From Paraphysomonas bandaiensis (lineage: Eukaryota > Protista > Chrysophyceae), in the NCBI GenBank assembly GCA_965644295.1, contig CBFFRP010000238.1, positions 287,013-351,012 on the forward strand: DNA of 64,000 bases, written 5' to 3'. Below the pieces are notes generated by a model that saw only the letters and a list, made by a program, of their open reading frames with translations, made no database searches and was not told the origin of the DNA. Positions within the stretch are counted from its first letter, which is position 1; each line of letters opens with the position of its first letter. Made by a program: the position numbers and the translations under genes. Below, piece by piece: positions 13,530 to 25,400 of the stretch.

Positions 13530-13649
13530 GCGTCGTTTCCGAGCATAATAGATAGGTACTAATACTACTGTAAGCAGTAGTGATGAAGATAGCAATATAG
13601 GGTTAGGGTTAGGGTTAGGGTTGAGTACCTATATGCTCGGAGACGATGC
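13530..13649. repeat. Inverted repeat enclosing a short telomere-type TTAGGG tract
   Basis: Arms GCGTCGTTTCCGAGCATA..ATAGGTACT (13530-13560) and AGTACCTATATGCTCGGAGACGATGC (13624-13649); TAGGG(TTAGGG)3TT at 13598-13622. Confidence 0.8.
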
Positions 13650-14207
13650 GGCAACAGCCGTGTTGGGGGCACATTACTAGTAGGTGGAGGATGATCATTT
13701 TTCATCATCAAATGATCACGAAGTTCTGCTAGACCGTACATCATTTATTTACTGACGAAGTTCTGCAACAGCGGTACCATATGTAAGAAAGTAGTGAAAT
13801 ATAGTAATTATACATAATATTCTTCACACTGTTAATATCTTCATAATATATAGTGGTATATCGTGAGATGGTATAGTGATGTATGTATTATACGTGAAAC
13901 TTCCAGTCGTCGCTTCTCCTCCTCTAGTCGCGACGTCGACACCCCTGCAGCAGATTCCGTGTGTGGACAGACACAATGTGTTCGATGAGTACATCATGCA
14001 ACAACAAATTATGCAGGATCGAACAGCTCGTGAAATACACTCTCATGAGCAAACCCTGAGGCTTCAAATTTACGAGAATCTTCTAATGCGGAGAGGTAGA
14101 TAGTAGTTTGTACTGCTATTTTATCTACTTCTGTAGAAATTTAACACTTATAGCAGTTAAGTTAATAATAATTGCGTTATAGTTAGATGGTATAGTGGTA
14201 GTATAAT

Positions 14208-15013
14208 CAGGGCTAGGAAACAATATATTGAATTGCAATACATTGTACAATATATTGCAATATATTGTAAAATATTATATTGATTGGTCGACCGGCCAAA
14301 AATCCCATCAATATTGTTTCTGTTAAAGTATCTCACAATATATTGCATTATATTGCAATCAATATTATGATAGTCATATAAGAGAAGATTCTCAACTGTA
14401 GGGTGCAAAATGGATATTAATAACCGAGAAATTGATTACAACTTTACAGAGGATGATGAAGCTGATGTTGACTATATGCGACTAAAAATCTTCAGCCAGC
14501 TCAAAAAATTAAGAAACGTACAGATCCACGAGTCATTAACGGTTACCAGTCCCTGGTATGTACTTCCAATACATGGGAGCGTCTGTTCAGCGCAGCTAAA
14601 TATATTATATCAGTGTTGCGCTAAAGTATCCATCCTGCTTAATATGTTGTTGTTTCTGAAAGCAATTCGACAGTTGTGGCCGAATACTGGCATATTTCAA
14701 TAAATTTTGTGGATGAATATTATGGTGATGTTGACGTCACCGATGATGGCTCAGAGGATGAGAACTAGGTGGATTTTTATTAGCTATAAGCAGTAATTGG
14801 TTTGGTTGTCATGTGATCTTAATGACTAATACTAAAAATGGAATCTACGGATGTGTTTACTTACTGATTACTCATACTAATATATTGCAATACATTGACA
14901 ATATATTGCAATATATTGTAATTGTATTGTTGAGCCTGTTTAAAATCTCCATCAATACTATTGATGGAACGCTATCTAACAATAGTATTGCAATATATTG
15001 TTTCCTAGCCCTG
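14208..15013 (+). mobile_element. Internally deleted hAT element (806 bp)
   Basis: 23-bp perfect TIR CAGGGCTAGGAAACAATATATTG; 8-bp TSD AGTATAAT; transposase remnant TSNTWERLFSAAK...LLFLKAIRQLW (hATC dimerisation motif). Confidence 0.95.
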
Positions 15014-15211
15014 AGTATAATAACATAGTGATGCATATAGTGAGATGGTATCTGGGTGTATAGTGAGATATATGGTTATAGTTCGTACTTGTGTGAACTG
15101 TATGTAATATATATGTGTAGTCAGTGACTTCTATAGCTGTAAAACTGAAGTAATATGGAAGCAATAAGTAAAAATATTATAAATAATACTTTTCACATTG
15201 TTAATATCTTC

Positions 15212-15396
15212 ATAGTTACTTATTGTGCACAGTTATACCCTTTTCCAACCATCATCAAATATTTCACCAGGTTTTGGTATTACCTCGACTTATAGTTACT
15301 TATTGTGTATAGTTATACCTATTTCCGGCCGTCATCATCTAAACTTTCACCAGGTTTTATACATTTTACCATACTTTGATATATATTACCCCGACT
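15212..15396. repeat. Two diverged tandem copies of an 80-105 bp unit
   Basis: ATAGTTACTTATTGTG..AGTTATACC...TTTCACCAGGTTTT...TATTACC.CGACTT occurs twice. Confidence 0.75.
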
Positions 15397-15397
15397 T

Positions 15398-15661
15398 CTG
15401 CTGAAGTGAAGCATTCGGGCTGTTCACCTTAAGGACTCAAAAATTCTGGAGTCAGCAAGTGTCAGGTATATCAACATTATTCTGCTTGCTCACTGCGTTT
15501 GCTTTGAGCGTTAGGGCGAAAGTGGTTATACCTTGGTGCAAGAAATAGTAGAGAGTTAAATAGTAGGGTAGCAGAGTTAAGCACTAGTTAGTTAAATTGC
15601 AATGCTAAATTAGTTCTGACTCTTAAACGCCTATATTGCTAATAATCAGACATTCACTACT
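15398..15661 (+). repeat. Family A repeat, 3' half
   Basis: TGCTGAAGTGAAGCATTCGGGCTGTTCACCTTAAG...CAGACATTCACTACT. Confidence 0.9.
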
Positions 15662-15944
15662 GTTGTCTCGATGTTACCGATGTAAAATACTTCCTCTTGT
15701 TAACAAGCAAAAGTTTCAGATGCGCATAAGTGCAAGTACAACAACGACTGATGTCAAAGGGTAGTACTACAACAACAAACAACACGGGGAAAGTGAAAAC
15801 CTCTGTGTTATGTTAACAAAAAAGTACAATACCCGCTACCAATAGCTTCAAAATATGCACTAAATTAATCGGCCATGTAGATAGTGTACGCACCTCTGTA
15901 TATCTATATACATTTCAGGGAACATGTTGATGTGACAGACAATA

Positions 15945-17217
15945 CTACAACTCTCCAGAATCTGTGTACATGCTCTTCTTGTCAATACTGTATAATCTAG
16001 CTATCTCAGACGACAGTTCTTCTTCGCCCCAAGTATCGTATGCGTTTTTTCCACCATGAATTGCCACCGAGCTGTCAGCGCTAGTCTGAGTGGGCTCACT
16101 CACAGAGCTCACTCTTCGTGTGTCCGTACTTACGCTTGACCGCCCCTCACGCGCCCAGAAGCCTACCGAAAACCTATGCAATGCAGAGACAACGTCTCCA
16201 TTCTCCGTATGCTCTTCTTCATAAAAATTGCTGCTATCACTATCCCGATAGCGTGATGCTACGACACCTTCAGAGCAGCTGTGAGAGTCCGGAAACCCCC
16301 GGAAACCTCCGTCAACTACGCTCCTTCTAGATAGCGAACTACAGCAGCACATTGAAAGTATGACGGATAGATCACACTTTATGCATTCATAGGCCCCTAG
16401 AGATAACAAGAAGTTATATATTACATAAAGTCAAGTGCAGAATAATAGCACCAGGTGAGACCATCACAAAGACGAGGAAGAAGCCAAGACCAGCACTAGG
16501 AAGAGTGAGCACATATAAGAAAAATGAAATGCGCTTGCTCAGCGACTCATCCGCGTCATAAGTGTATCCATGTCCGTATAACTCTTCGTACCAAGCAACT
16601 CCTACTCGAGATAGGACTTGTACTATGGGGTAGTATTTGAACCGGTTCGCCAGGGCCCTCAGTGGATCTGAGGCAGATGACTTCAGCGATGTCACACGCG
16701 GTGTTTTATCCAGCTGATTTAACTTATAGACAAGAACAGCATAAGAACCAATATTGAAAACGATCGATACAACACGAATCCAGTAGTATACTGAAGATAC
16801 AATCTCAAATTCCAGGTCTGAAAATGAAAAATAGGCGACAGGAACAACTACACCATAACAAGCTGCTGGAATTACCACTAAAAAAAATATTTTTCTAAAG
16901 TGCTCAGATACATTAATAGCTTGCATTGTCCAGACTGTATAGACAACAACAAACGATAACACATTTGTAACGAAAGTCGCCCACAGGCCGCTCATACTCC
17001 TCAGAGCGATGTACGCAAACTCAACTTCGCGACCAGGAAAAACGACCATAACAATACTGACATCGTACACAAACTGTGATACTGTTAGAAGTAATATCAG
17101 TTTGATGTACCCATTCCACCGCATCATCCTGGCCAGTATCCATAGCGTCAACAGCGAGCACGCAACACCTATAGAGCCACCAATAACAAGCAGTAGCAAG
17201 CCTAAGTTCAAAGCCAT
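15945..17217 (-). CDS. 7TM receptor, cAMP-receptor/GCR1-like; intron 16451-16397
   Basis: About seven hydrophobic segments; N-terminal S..CS.L pattern; RFKYYPIVQV before TM6; cytoplasmic tail in exon 2. Confidence 0.7.
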
Positions 17218-17371
17218 AAAGAACTAATCCTCTAGATAAGAATTACTACTTTATATCCCTCAAAACCCATAATAAGAGAAAAACTAAATCACAGTAACAA
17301 CAGCAGAATTCTACACTCTCAAAACCACACCAAACATTCAAGATATATAACATATACGCACCTGTAATACC

Positions 17372-17765
17372 TGTATGTATGTATGTATGTATGTATGTAT
17401 GTATGTATGTATGTATGTATGTATGTATGTATGTATGTATGTATGTATGTATGTATGTATGTATGTATGTATGTATGTATGTATGTATGTATGTATGTAT
17501 GTATGTATGTATGTATGTAGGTAGGTAGGTAGGTAGGTAGGTATGTATGTATGTATGTATGTATGTATGTATGTATGTATGTATGTATGTATGTATGTAT
17601 GTATGTATGTATGTATGTAGGTATGTATGTATGTATGTATGTATGTATGTATGTATGTATGTATGTATGTATGTATGTATGTATGTATGTATGTATGTAT
17701 GTATGTATGTATGTATGTATGTATGTATGTAGGTATGTATGTATGTATGTAGGTATGTATGTATG

Positions 17766-17801
<36 letters not shown>

Positions 17802-17947
17802 TGTATGTATGTATGTATGTATGTATGTATGTATGTATGTATGTATGTATGTATGTATGTATGTATGTATGTATGTATGTATGTATGTATGTATGTATGT
17901 ATGTATGTATGTAGGTATGTATGTATGTATGTAGGTATGTATGTATG

Positions 17948-17983
<36 letters not shown>

Positions 17984-18017
17984 TGTATGTATGTATGTAT
18001 GTATGTATGTATGTATG

Positions 18018-18053
<36 letters not shown>

Positions 18054-18303
18054 TGTATGTATGTATGTAGGTAGGTAGGTAGGTATGTATGTATGTATGT
18101 ATGTATGTATGTATGTATGTATGTATGTATGTAGGTATGTATGTATGTATGTATGTATGTATGTATGTATGTATGTATGTATGTATGTATGTATGTATGT
18201 ATGTATGTATGTATGTATGTATGTATGTATGTATGTATGTATGTATGTATGTATGTATGTATGTATGTAGGTATGTATGTATGTATGTAGGTATGTATGT
18301 ATG

Positions 18304-18339
<36 letters not shown>

Positions 18340-18473
18340 TGTATGTATGTATGTATGTATGTATGTATGTATGTATGTATGTATGTATGTATGTATGTAT
18401 GTATGTATGTATGTATGTATGTATGTATGTATGTATGTAGGTATGTATGTATGTATGTAGGTATGTATGTATG

Positions 18474-18509
<36 letters not shown>

Positions 18510-18539
18510 TGTATGTATGTATGTATGTATGTATGTATG

Positions 18540-18575
<36 letters not shown>

Positions 18576-18873
18576 TGTATGTATGTAGGTAGGTAGGTAG
18601 GTATGTATGTATGTATGTATGTATGTAGGTATGTAGGTAGGTATGTATGTATGTATGTATGTAGGTAGGTAGGTAGGTAGGTATGTATGTATGTATGTAT
18701 GTATGTATGTATGTATGTATGTATGTATGTATGTATGTATGTATGTATGTATGTATGTATGTATGTATGTATGTATGTATGTATGTATGTATGTATGTAT
18801 GTATGTATGTATGTATGTATGTATGTATGTATGTATGTAGGTATGTATGTATGTATGTAGGTATGTATGTATG

Positions 18874-18909
<36 letters not shown>

Positions 18910-18931
18910 TGTATGTATGTATGTATGTATG

Positions 18932-18967
<36 letters not shown>

Positions 18968-19201
18968 TGTATGTAGGTAGGTAGGTAGGTAGGTATGTAT
19001 GTATGTATGTATGTATGTATGTAGGTAGGTAGGTAGGTATGTATGTATGTATGTATGTATGTAGGTAGGTAGGTAGGTATGTATGTATGTATGTATGTAT
19101 GTATGTAGGTAGGTATGTATGTATGTAGGTATGTAGGTAGGTAGGTAGGTAGGTAGGTATGTATGTATGTATGTATGTAGGTAGGTAGGTATGTATGTAT
19201 G
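17372..19201. repeat. (GTAT)n microsatellite, about 1.83 kb, with GTAG and ATAT variants
   Basis: Directly visible. Confidence 0.99.
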
Positions 19202-19238
19202 ATGTTACTATCGTAGATTTACCACTTATCTGTCACAT

Positions 19239-20126
19239 ATGGAAGACCCACGGGGTACGCCTCTACAGGGTCATCTATGGCGTTGGAATGACAGCCGTGG
19301 GTTAGTTTCATTCTGCACCGGTGATCTGACCTGTCCTTTTCAAGTGATCTGCATAGGGGGGCTCACAGATGGTCTCCTTCCCTGTCCTTGGGTGCCAGGG
19401 TTATCAACACGATGCAATGATATTGGATGGTCTGTTGTACAACCGCAGATATCGAGCTCCTATACCGGTTACGGAACTGGAAGTCTGGAAAGAGATTCGA
19501 CTGAAATTTCTGAATTTGTGATTCATTTGAAAGAGAAATGGGGATGCAAGAAGATTGTCATAGTTGGGCACAGTACTGGATGCCAAAATGCAGTGCACTT
19601 TGCAGCGAATGGGTTCCGAGAGGCTGTGTCGATGCTAGTGGGAATTGTTCTACAGGCTCCCGTCTCTGATCAGGAGGCTGGAACTCTTGACCCCCAAGTA
19701 TTACCTCACTTGCAGTGGGCTTTAAAGCAACCAGAGAGTTCACTGGACACTTTGATGCCTATTGAGTCTCATTATTCTCCTATCACTGTGCGTAGATTTT
19801 TATCTCTTTTTAATCGATATGGTGATGATGATTTCTTTTCTTCCTACCTTTCTGACGAAGAACTTGACCACCGATTTCGCCATATTAACAAATTACAAAC
19901 ATTGTCCAAAGTGTTAATAGCATATTCAATGGCGGACCAATATGTTCCTGAAAGTGTTGACAAAAGCACATTAGTGGATCGTCTTGTTCGCGCTATCGGT
20001 CCAAAAGCTGAGTCCCTAAAAATACCAAATGCTGATCATAGTTTGCTGTTCCCCATAGGCGGTAGTTCAGTCGAAGTGTTTGTAGAATCTGTTGTTCAGC
20101 TACTACTTCAACTGTCTGATTCGTAG
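19239..20126 (+). CDS. DUF1749/UPF0613 alpha/beta hydrolase
   Basis: IGGLTDG, SSYTGYG, GHSTGCQ nucleophile elbow, LQAPVSD, DDFFSS, C-terminal His. Confidence 0.9.
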   Translation: MEDPRGTPLQGHLWRWNDSRGLVSFCTGDLTCPFQVICIGGLTDGLLPCPWVPGLSTRCNDIGWSVVQPQISSSYTGYGTGSLERDSTEISEFVIHLKEKWGCKKIVIVGHSTGCQNAVHFAANGFREAVSMLVGIVLQAPVSDQEAGTLDPQVLPHLQWALKQPESSLDTLMPIESHYSPITVRRFLSLFNRYGDDDFFSSYLSDEELDHRFRHINKLQTLSKVLIAYSMADQYVPESVDKSTLVDRLVRAIGPKAESLKIPNADHSLLFPIGGSSVEVFVESVVQLLLQLSDS

Positions 20127-20430
20127 AACTCATATGAATTGTAATATCTATGAAAATGGGGATATTCACTGTTATATACAGTATTTTAACGAAAATTTAC
20201 ATGATATTAAATATTAACCAGTATGTACTTCGCAGTAAAAGGGTGTGGTGATCAGCTACAGTGCACGGGTAGACGGGTGGTAGATGTGGTGTACCAGCGT
20301 GCCTACACCATGGCCACACGCACTCGGAATGGTGCAAGATTTTATCAACTATTACACTTTCAGTTTCTTTGTATATTTTATTTCAACTCACAACAGTAGT
20401 TAACAGCAAACAGTCGGTGTCAATCATTTC

Positions 20431-21239
20431 CTTCAACAAAGTCGGACTCGCACCTTTTCTGCGGATAAGTTTCTCCAGAAAACTAACGTGAGCCGCATAT
20501 ATATATAGTAAACAAATATGCAAACGTGGGAAAAAAATTCCCACGTTTGCATTCATTCCTTGTTAAAACTAGCTAGTTACTAGAGTGCTAATAAATAGTT
20601 CTCTGCATTTGAATTGAATATATTATAATATATTATTGACCAATATTTCAAATTAATATTATTTTTAGTATAAAATGGGCTCAACTAACCGGTTGATATT
20701 GCTATGTACGTGAATGAGCTACAAACTAGTTCTCTAGCTAGTCATATATATTGTATTATATACTTAAAACCACATAATCATTGAACAGAAAAGAACAACA
20801 AACATACAATCAATACAATATATTATAGTAAACAGATATTGTTCTGCCCACTCACAGACGAATAAATGCTGTGTGGTACAAGAGACACAAATTTGTGTCA
20901 CTTGTGTAGACATCTTCAAGTCTTGACGAATATACAGGCATCCAGGGTATTGGGCTGCCTGCTGAAATCAAGCATCCGGGTTGATCACCTTAAGAACTTG
21001 AAAATCCTGATTATTAGCAGATGTCTTGTATATCAGCACTGCGTTGGCTTTGAGTGATAGAGCGAAAGCGGTTGTACCTTGGAGCTTGCGGTGATACACA
21101 AGCACTTTCGTAGCGCTAATTAGTAGGATATAATATCAGAGCATAGCACTTCTAGTTAGAGTTAAATAGTTTGAGCACATTAGTCCTGACTCATACACGC
21201 CTATATAGAGTATTGTTAATAATCATACATTCACTACTA
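20431..21239 (+). repeat. Full-length family A repeat interrupted by a ~300-bp insertion
   Basis: Starts CTTCAACAAAGTCGGACTCGCACC and ends CATTCACTACTA; insert at about 20520-20823. Confidence 0.9.
20520..20823. mobile_element. AT-rich insertion with a terminal 15-bp-stem hairpin, flanked by a ~16-bp duplication
   Basis: TATAGTAAACA(A/G)ATAT on both sides; ATGCAAACGTGGGAA-AAAAA-TTCCCACGTTTGCAT at the left end. Confidence 0.65.
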
Positions 21240-22420
21240 TATACACGTATTTGGGACAACTCACGAGGTATGTTCATGATATTATATATATGTTAGAATG
21301 TAGCCAAAATACAACAGAACACATCGATATAAGATATCATATATATCATGTATATCAAAGTATTATTATTATGATGATAAAAAGCTGATTCTCCATATAT
21401 AATATAAATATTAATAAAACAAAGCATTTGTTGAGGGTAATAATACGAGTATACAACAACGTCTAATAGAGTATAGTGGGGTGTACCATTCAGCCCTATA
21501 TCTAATCCTTGCTACTAGCCCGGTAATATCTTATAGTGTTATTATCATGTTGTAGTATAGACTGCTCTAACCTAATAAGGAGAGGGACTTCTCATAGCAC
21601 TTGCACGCTGGCTCTATATTAGATACCGGTTTCATACTACTTATAATATTTCCTAACCGCTCTGACGATCTCATGCATGCACTACAATTCCCCCTACGTA
21701 CTTTCATACTGCAAGAAACACGTACTTATGTACACGTACATGTACAACTGGAGCTGTATATGTATGTATACACAGAACACAGGTACACCACGGTTGCACT
21801 TGCTTCTCAATCCAACCTCCTTAACCCTATATGGGGTCTAAACTACAACGATAGCGTATCTTTAATAACTCTACCTACAACTCACATTTTCCAGTAAAAC
21901 GGCGTATATCAGAATCGTCACATATTTAAATTTTAAACTTTAAACTTTAAACAGCGTGAACTATTTCACTACAAAGTGAGCTACACTAGGTGTCCTTTTC
22001 GGCTGGTTTCTGGTCACTGGTCCAGAACTTTCTCTGCCCTATATTACAGAATCAGTCTCCCAAGTGTACCCTACTCTCTAACTCGTTAACGTTTACCCAG
22101 GCATCACCTACTTTATACTTTGAATATTGCAAGCGATAAACACCATTTCTGCTTCGTACTCTTACTTGACAGATTCTTCAAACTGATGCAGTACAGGGCA
22201 GGCGATTGAGTCTTATCTACTGTTTACATAGTAGAACTATAGGTTTGTAGTGCATTAGGTGGGAGTCATCCAGCCCATAGGCAGATCGTAAATACAACGT
22301 GTTGCAGGATGCATGAGTATAGCAAGGCTTGCAGTCGTCATTTCTTTATTGTTTCCACGTCCATACATCCATCTCAAATACATAAATAATAATAAAAACA
22401 TTAATTACGCTGCATATATA

Positions 22421-25400
22421 TTAACCACTATCGTCATAGTAATAGTTGAATATATCCAACGCTATAGACCCAACAGCTCTAGATTTTCTAACAAAGAGCT
22501 GGTTAATAAAGGGGCTGTCATTATTCTCTCTGTTCGTGCTATCAGGAGAATCTGCTGGGGGAGGGGAAGTGCTGTTGACACACTCTTCAAATGCAGGAGA
22601 TTGACGCCTGTCGAGAAAGAAGTCAATAATAACTTTATGGCTAGCATCGTCACTCTGCCAATGCAAACACGCCGTCGCCACATCCTGACGACAAAAAAGC
22701 ACAGCAACCAGTAGCACCACGTCTATCCGATCTACCATCCATGCTGCCGCGGCTAGACCTCGCAGCAACTGCTCAACCGATAAGGCTTTGCCCTTCGAAA
22801 AGGTCGGAACCGAAAACTTGCTCGCAGCTCTGCCATGCAATGGAACTGCAGTGAAACCCGGGCCACCACGAGGGGCACTCTCGTCCATAGATTGTGTGGA
22901 ACTAACAGTATGGCCAGTACGCTCTTCCAAATTATTATCGTCTGACGCATCCAAATTCGATGGGCAACGATCTCTGGCGTCAAATCTAACACGATTGGAC
23001 ATGACATCCTTTCCTGATAGACAGGGGAGGTTCACCAGACAGCCACCATCGTGAGTATTCTCGGCGAAACTCACAAACATCTCTGTTTCACAGCGCTTTC
23101 TCAGTTCAAACTCTGGCAATGTCCTGGAGAAAACACGGTCCAAACTTCTATTGCACACACTGTTCAGCGGACTCCCCACAACAATCTTGATATGCTGCAA
23201 CTCGAACGAACGAACGATTTGGTATAAAGAAGACGATTTAAAGTCTTCACTTGAATTATGTATAGGCGACTCATGACTTGAGCTGTGGTGAGACATAAAT
23301 AGTGAGCGTTCTAACCACGAAACGGTGCTTGAGTTAGAAGTTAGTAAGTGAGTGTTGATAGAGGCCATAATAATAGCGCAAGAGTACCACTTTTTCGTTG
23401 CTATTAGGTCGCGACAGGCCATGCTCACTATACCTCCCGTGTAAGAGTCGCGAAGAATACCTTCGACAGCAACTTGAATATCTCCTTCCGAATAGGGAGT
23501 AGCAATCCTCTCCAGGTGTGGTTCTGAATCATCCAGCCGATCCTGATCATACGTTTCAACTGCAGGATTAGATTGAAGGACGACACTCGAAAACGCGTAA
23601 TAGACGTGCATACTCTCTCCTATACAAATACCGCGCACACCAGCCGTTTGGGGATTATGATCGTCACTACTATTGGCAGATGTTCGAAACAGATGTTCCA
23701 TGGGCACACAATTACTACCTGTATCGACACAGGAATCATAGGTATGGGATTTTCCACAATGCCTGCGTATGCGAGTTGCTCGCTCCCAATACAATGGGCG
23801 GTGGAAAAGGTCAACATGGGTGTATGTGCGCGGGTTATGTGGTGAGAACGCATCTTGCATCAAGACATGCAGATCTGGTCCGATGAGAGGAGTTAACAGA
23901 GAAACTGACTCCACTAGCTGTTCGCCAACAGTGTGAACTGCCTTCATCACTACCGAACGCGGCACGTCTCCTCTCTCCTGCCTATATATCAACTAAAACA
24001 AGTAAAGCAACGGAGTCACAATAGCATACTTGCTCCTACCTCAGCTGCCATTACATCTAGTCTTGCGCAGAAGTCGATACACTCTAAGCAATTATCGAGA
24101 CTCAGGTGCCGTAAACATTCCCAGAGCAGCTCGATTGAGAGAATCAGAGATACGGCAACCGACTCCACAGACTGCGAACCACCCATTTGCTCGCAGGCGA
24201 GAGTTAGAAACCTAGCAGCATGAGTCAACGATCCTTTCGTTAGACAAAATTCGAAAATAGTCAGTTGGTCCCACGGAGAATCGTCAACGCTCACATGGCG
24301 ATACCGCGGCCCCGAAACAATATTGGCAGTCGATAATTTTGGAGCGCGTAAAGACGACAGACGACAGTTCGGGAGGGGGAAGAGTGAGGCACTCACACAG
24401 GGTTCTAGCTTGCGACTGAGACGAGAGAGCACCTCAATGAAAAGAACATCATCACATGCAAACAATACAGAAGTTAAAATCGCAAACTCTGGGCTATGTC
24501 TGCTGAATCCAGGGCGATCGATTAGGGCCTTCAGCGCCATCTCCATACCGTCAGCCAGCTGTTGCAGTGGTACAGGATGTCGAGACACATGAGATAATAT
24601 AAATTTCATCCACCCAAGTGAAGACGCACTATATGTGTGGTACGGAATAGTCATATGGTCTGCCAGTGTGTTATCGTCGCCAGCCATATGCACGAGTACT
24701 GCCTCCGGTCCAGTGGCACTCATGAGGGAGGAGGGACAAGAGTGGTTAAGGTTAAGTAGCCCTAGTATTAGCGAGAGCGGCATGAATGAATGTTGTAAGG
24801 TCAATACAGGAGTGGTAGAATGCGACTGTTCACTCGGTAAATGCAATGCAGAGGAGTGAGAGAGGTATGCGCACAAATTGTCATTTGGTTGAGACACAAG
24901 TTTCGAGTGTGCATCACGAATAGGAGCTGGGAGCACGGTACCGCCTTCTGAATCAGGAATAAGAGGGCTACAATCATTTGGCAACCACAGCAAATCTCCC
25001 CCTCTGCTGGAGACGGACGACGACAACAGGAGGAAAATGTCCTTTAAAGGCCGAGGAGTACGCCCAGTTCGCGGAAGTAGGCCGTGTCCCAGTCGCACTA
25101 TAGCACAACACCCCCGCTTGTTGACAACAACTCCTCTGCAAAACTTTCTACCATTTACCTGACAGGCAGACACAGTGACCTTGACGACCTTACCATCTGC
25201 ATCAAGTATAACCATTCCTACATCCCATGAGCTCATACCATGTACACTCTGCGAGTCATCAACAGAATCTAAAGACGAAAGGCGATCTCTAGAAGAGGTT
25301 GTAGATGAGGGATGCCGAGTATTGGACTCTAAATGTACAGGCAATACAAGAGCACACTGTAGCGGAAACGTAACACTACCAAGTTGGTTATAACGATGAG

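Noticed and set aside
13876-14103. 75-aa ORF next to the hAT
   Set aside because: Non-ATG start, TE-debris context, no identifiable domain.
17547-18976. MYVC-repeat ORFs
   Set aside because: Translations of the (GTAT)n array, not genes.
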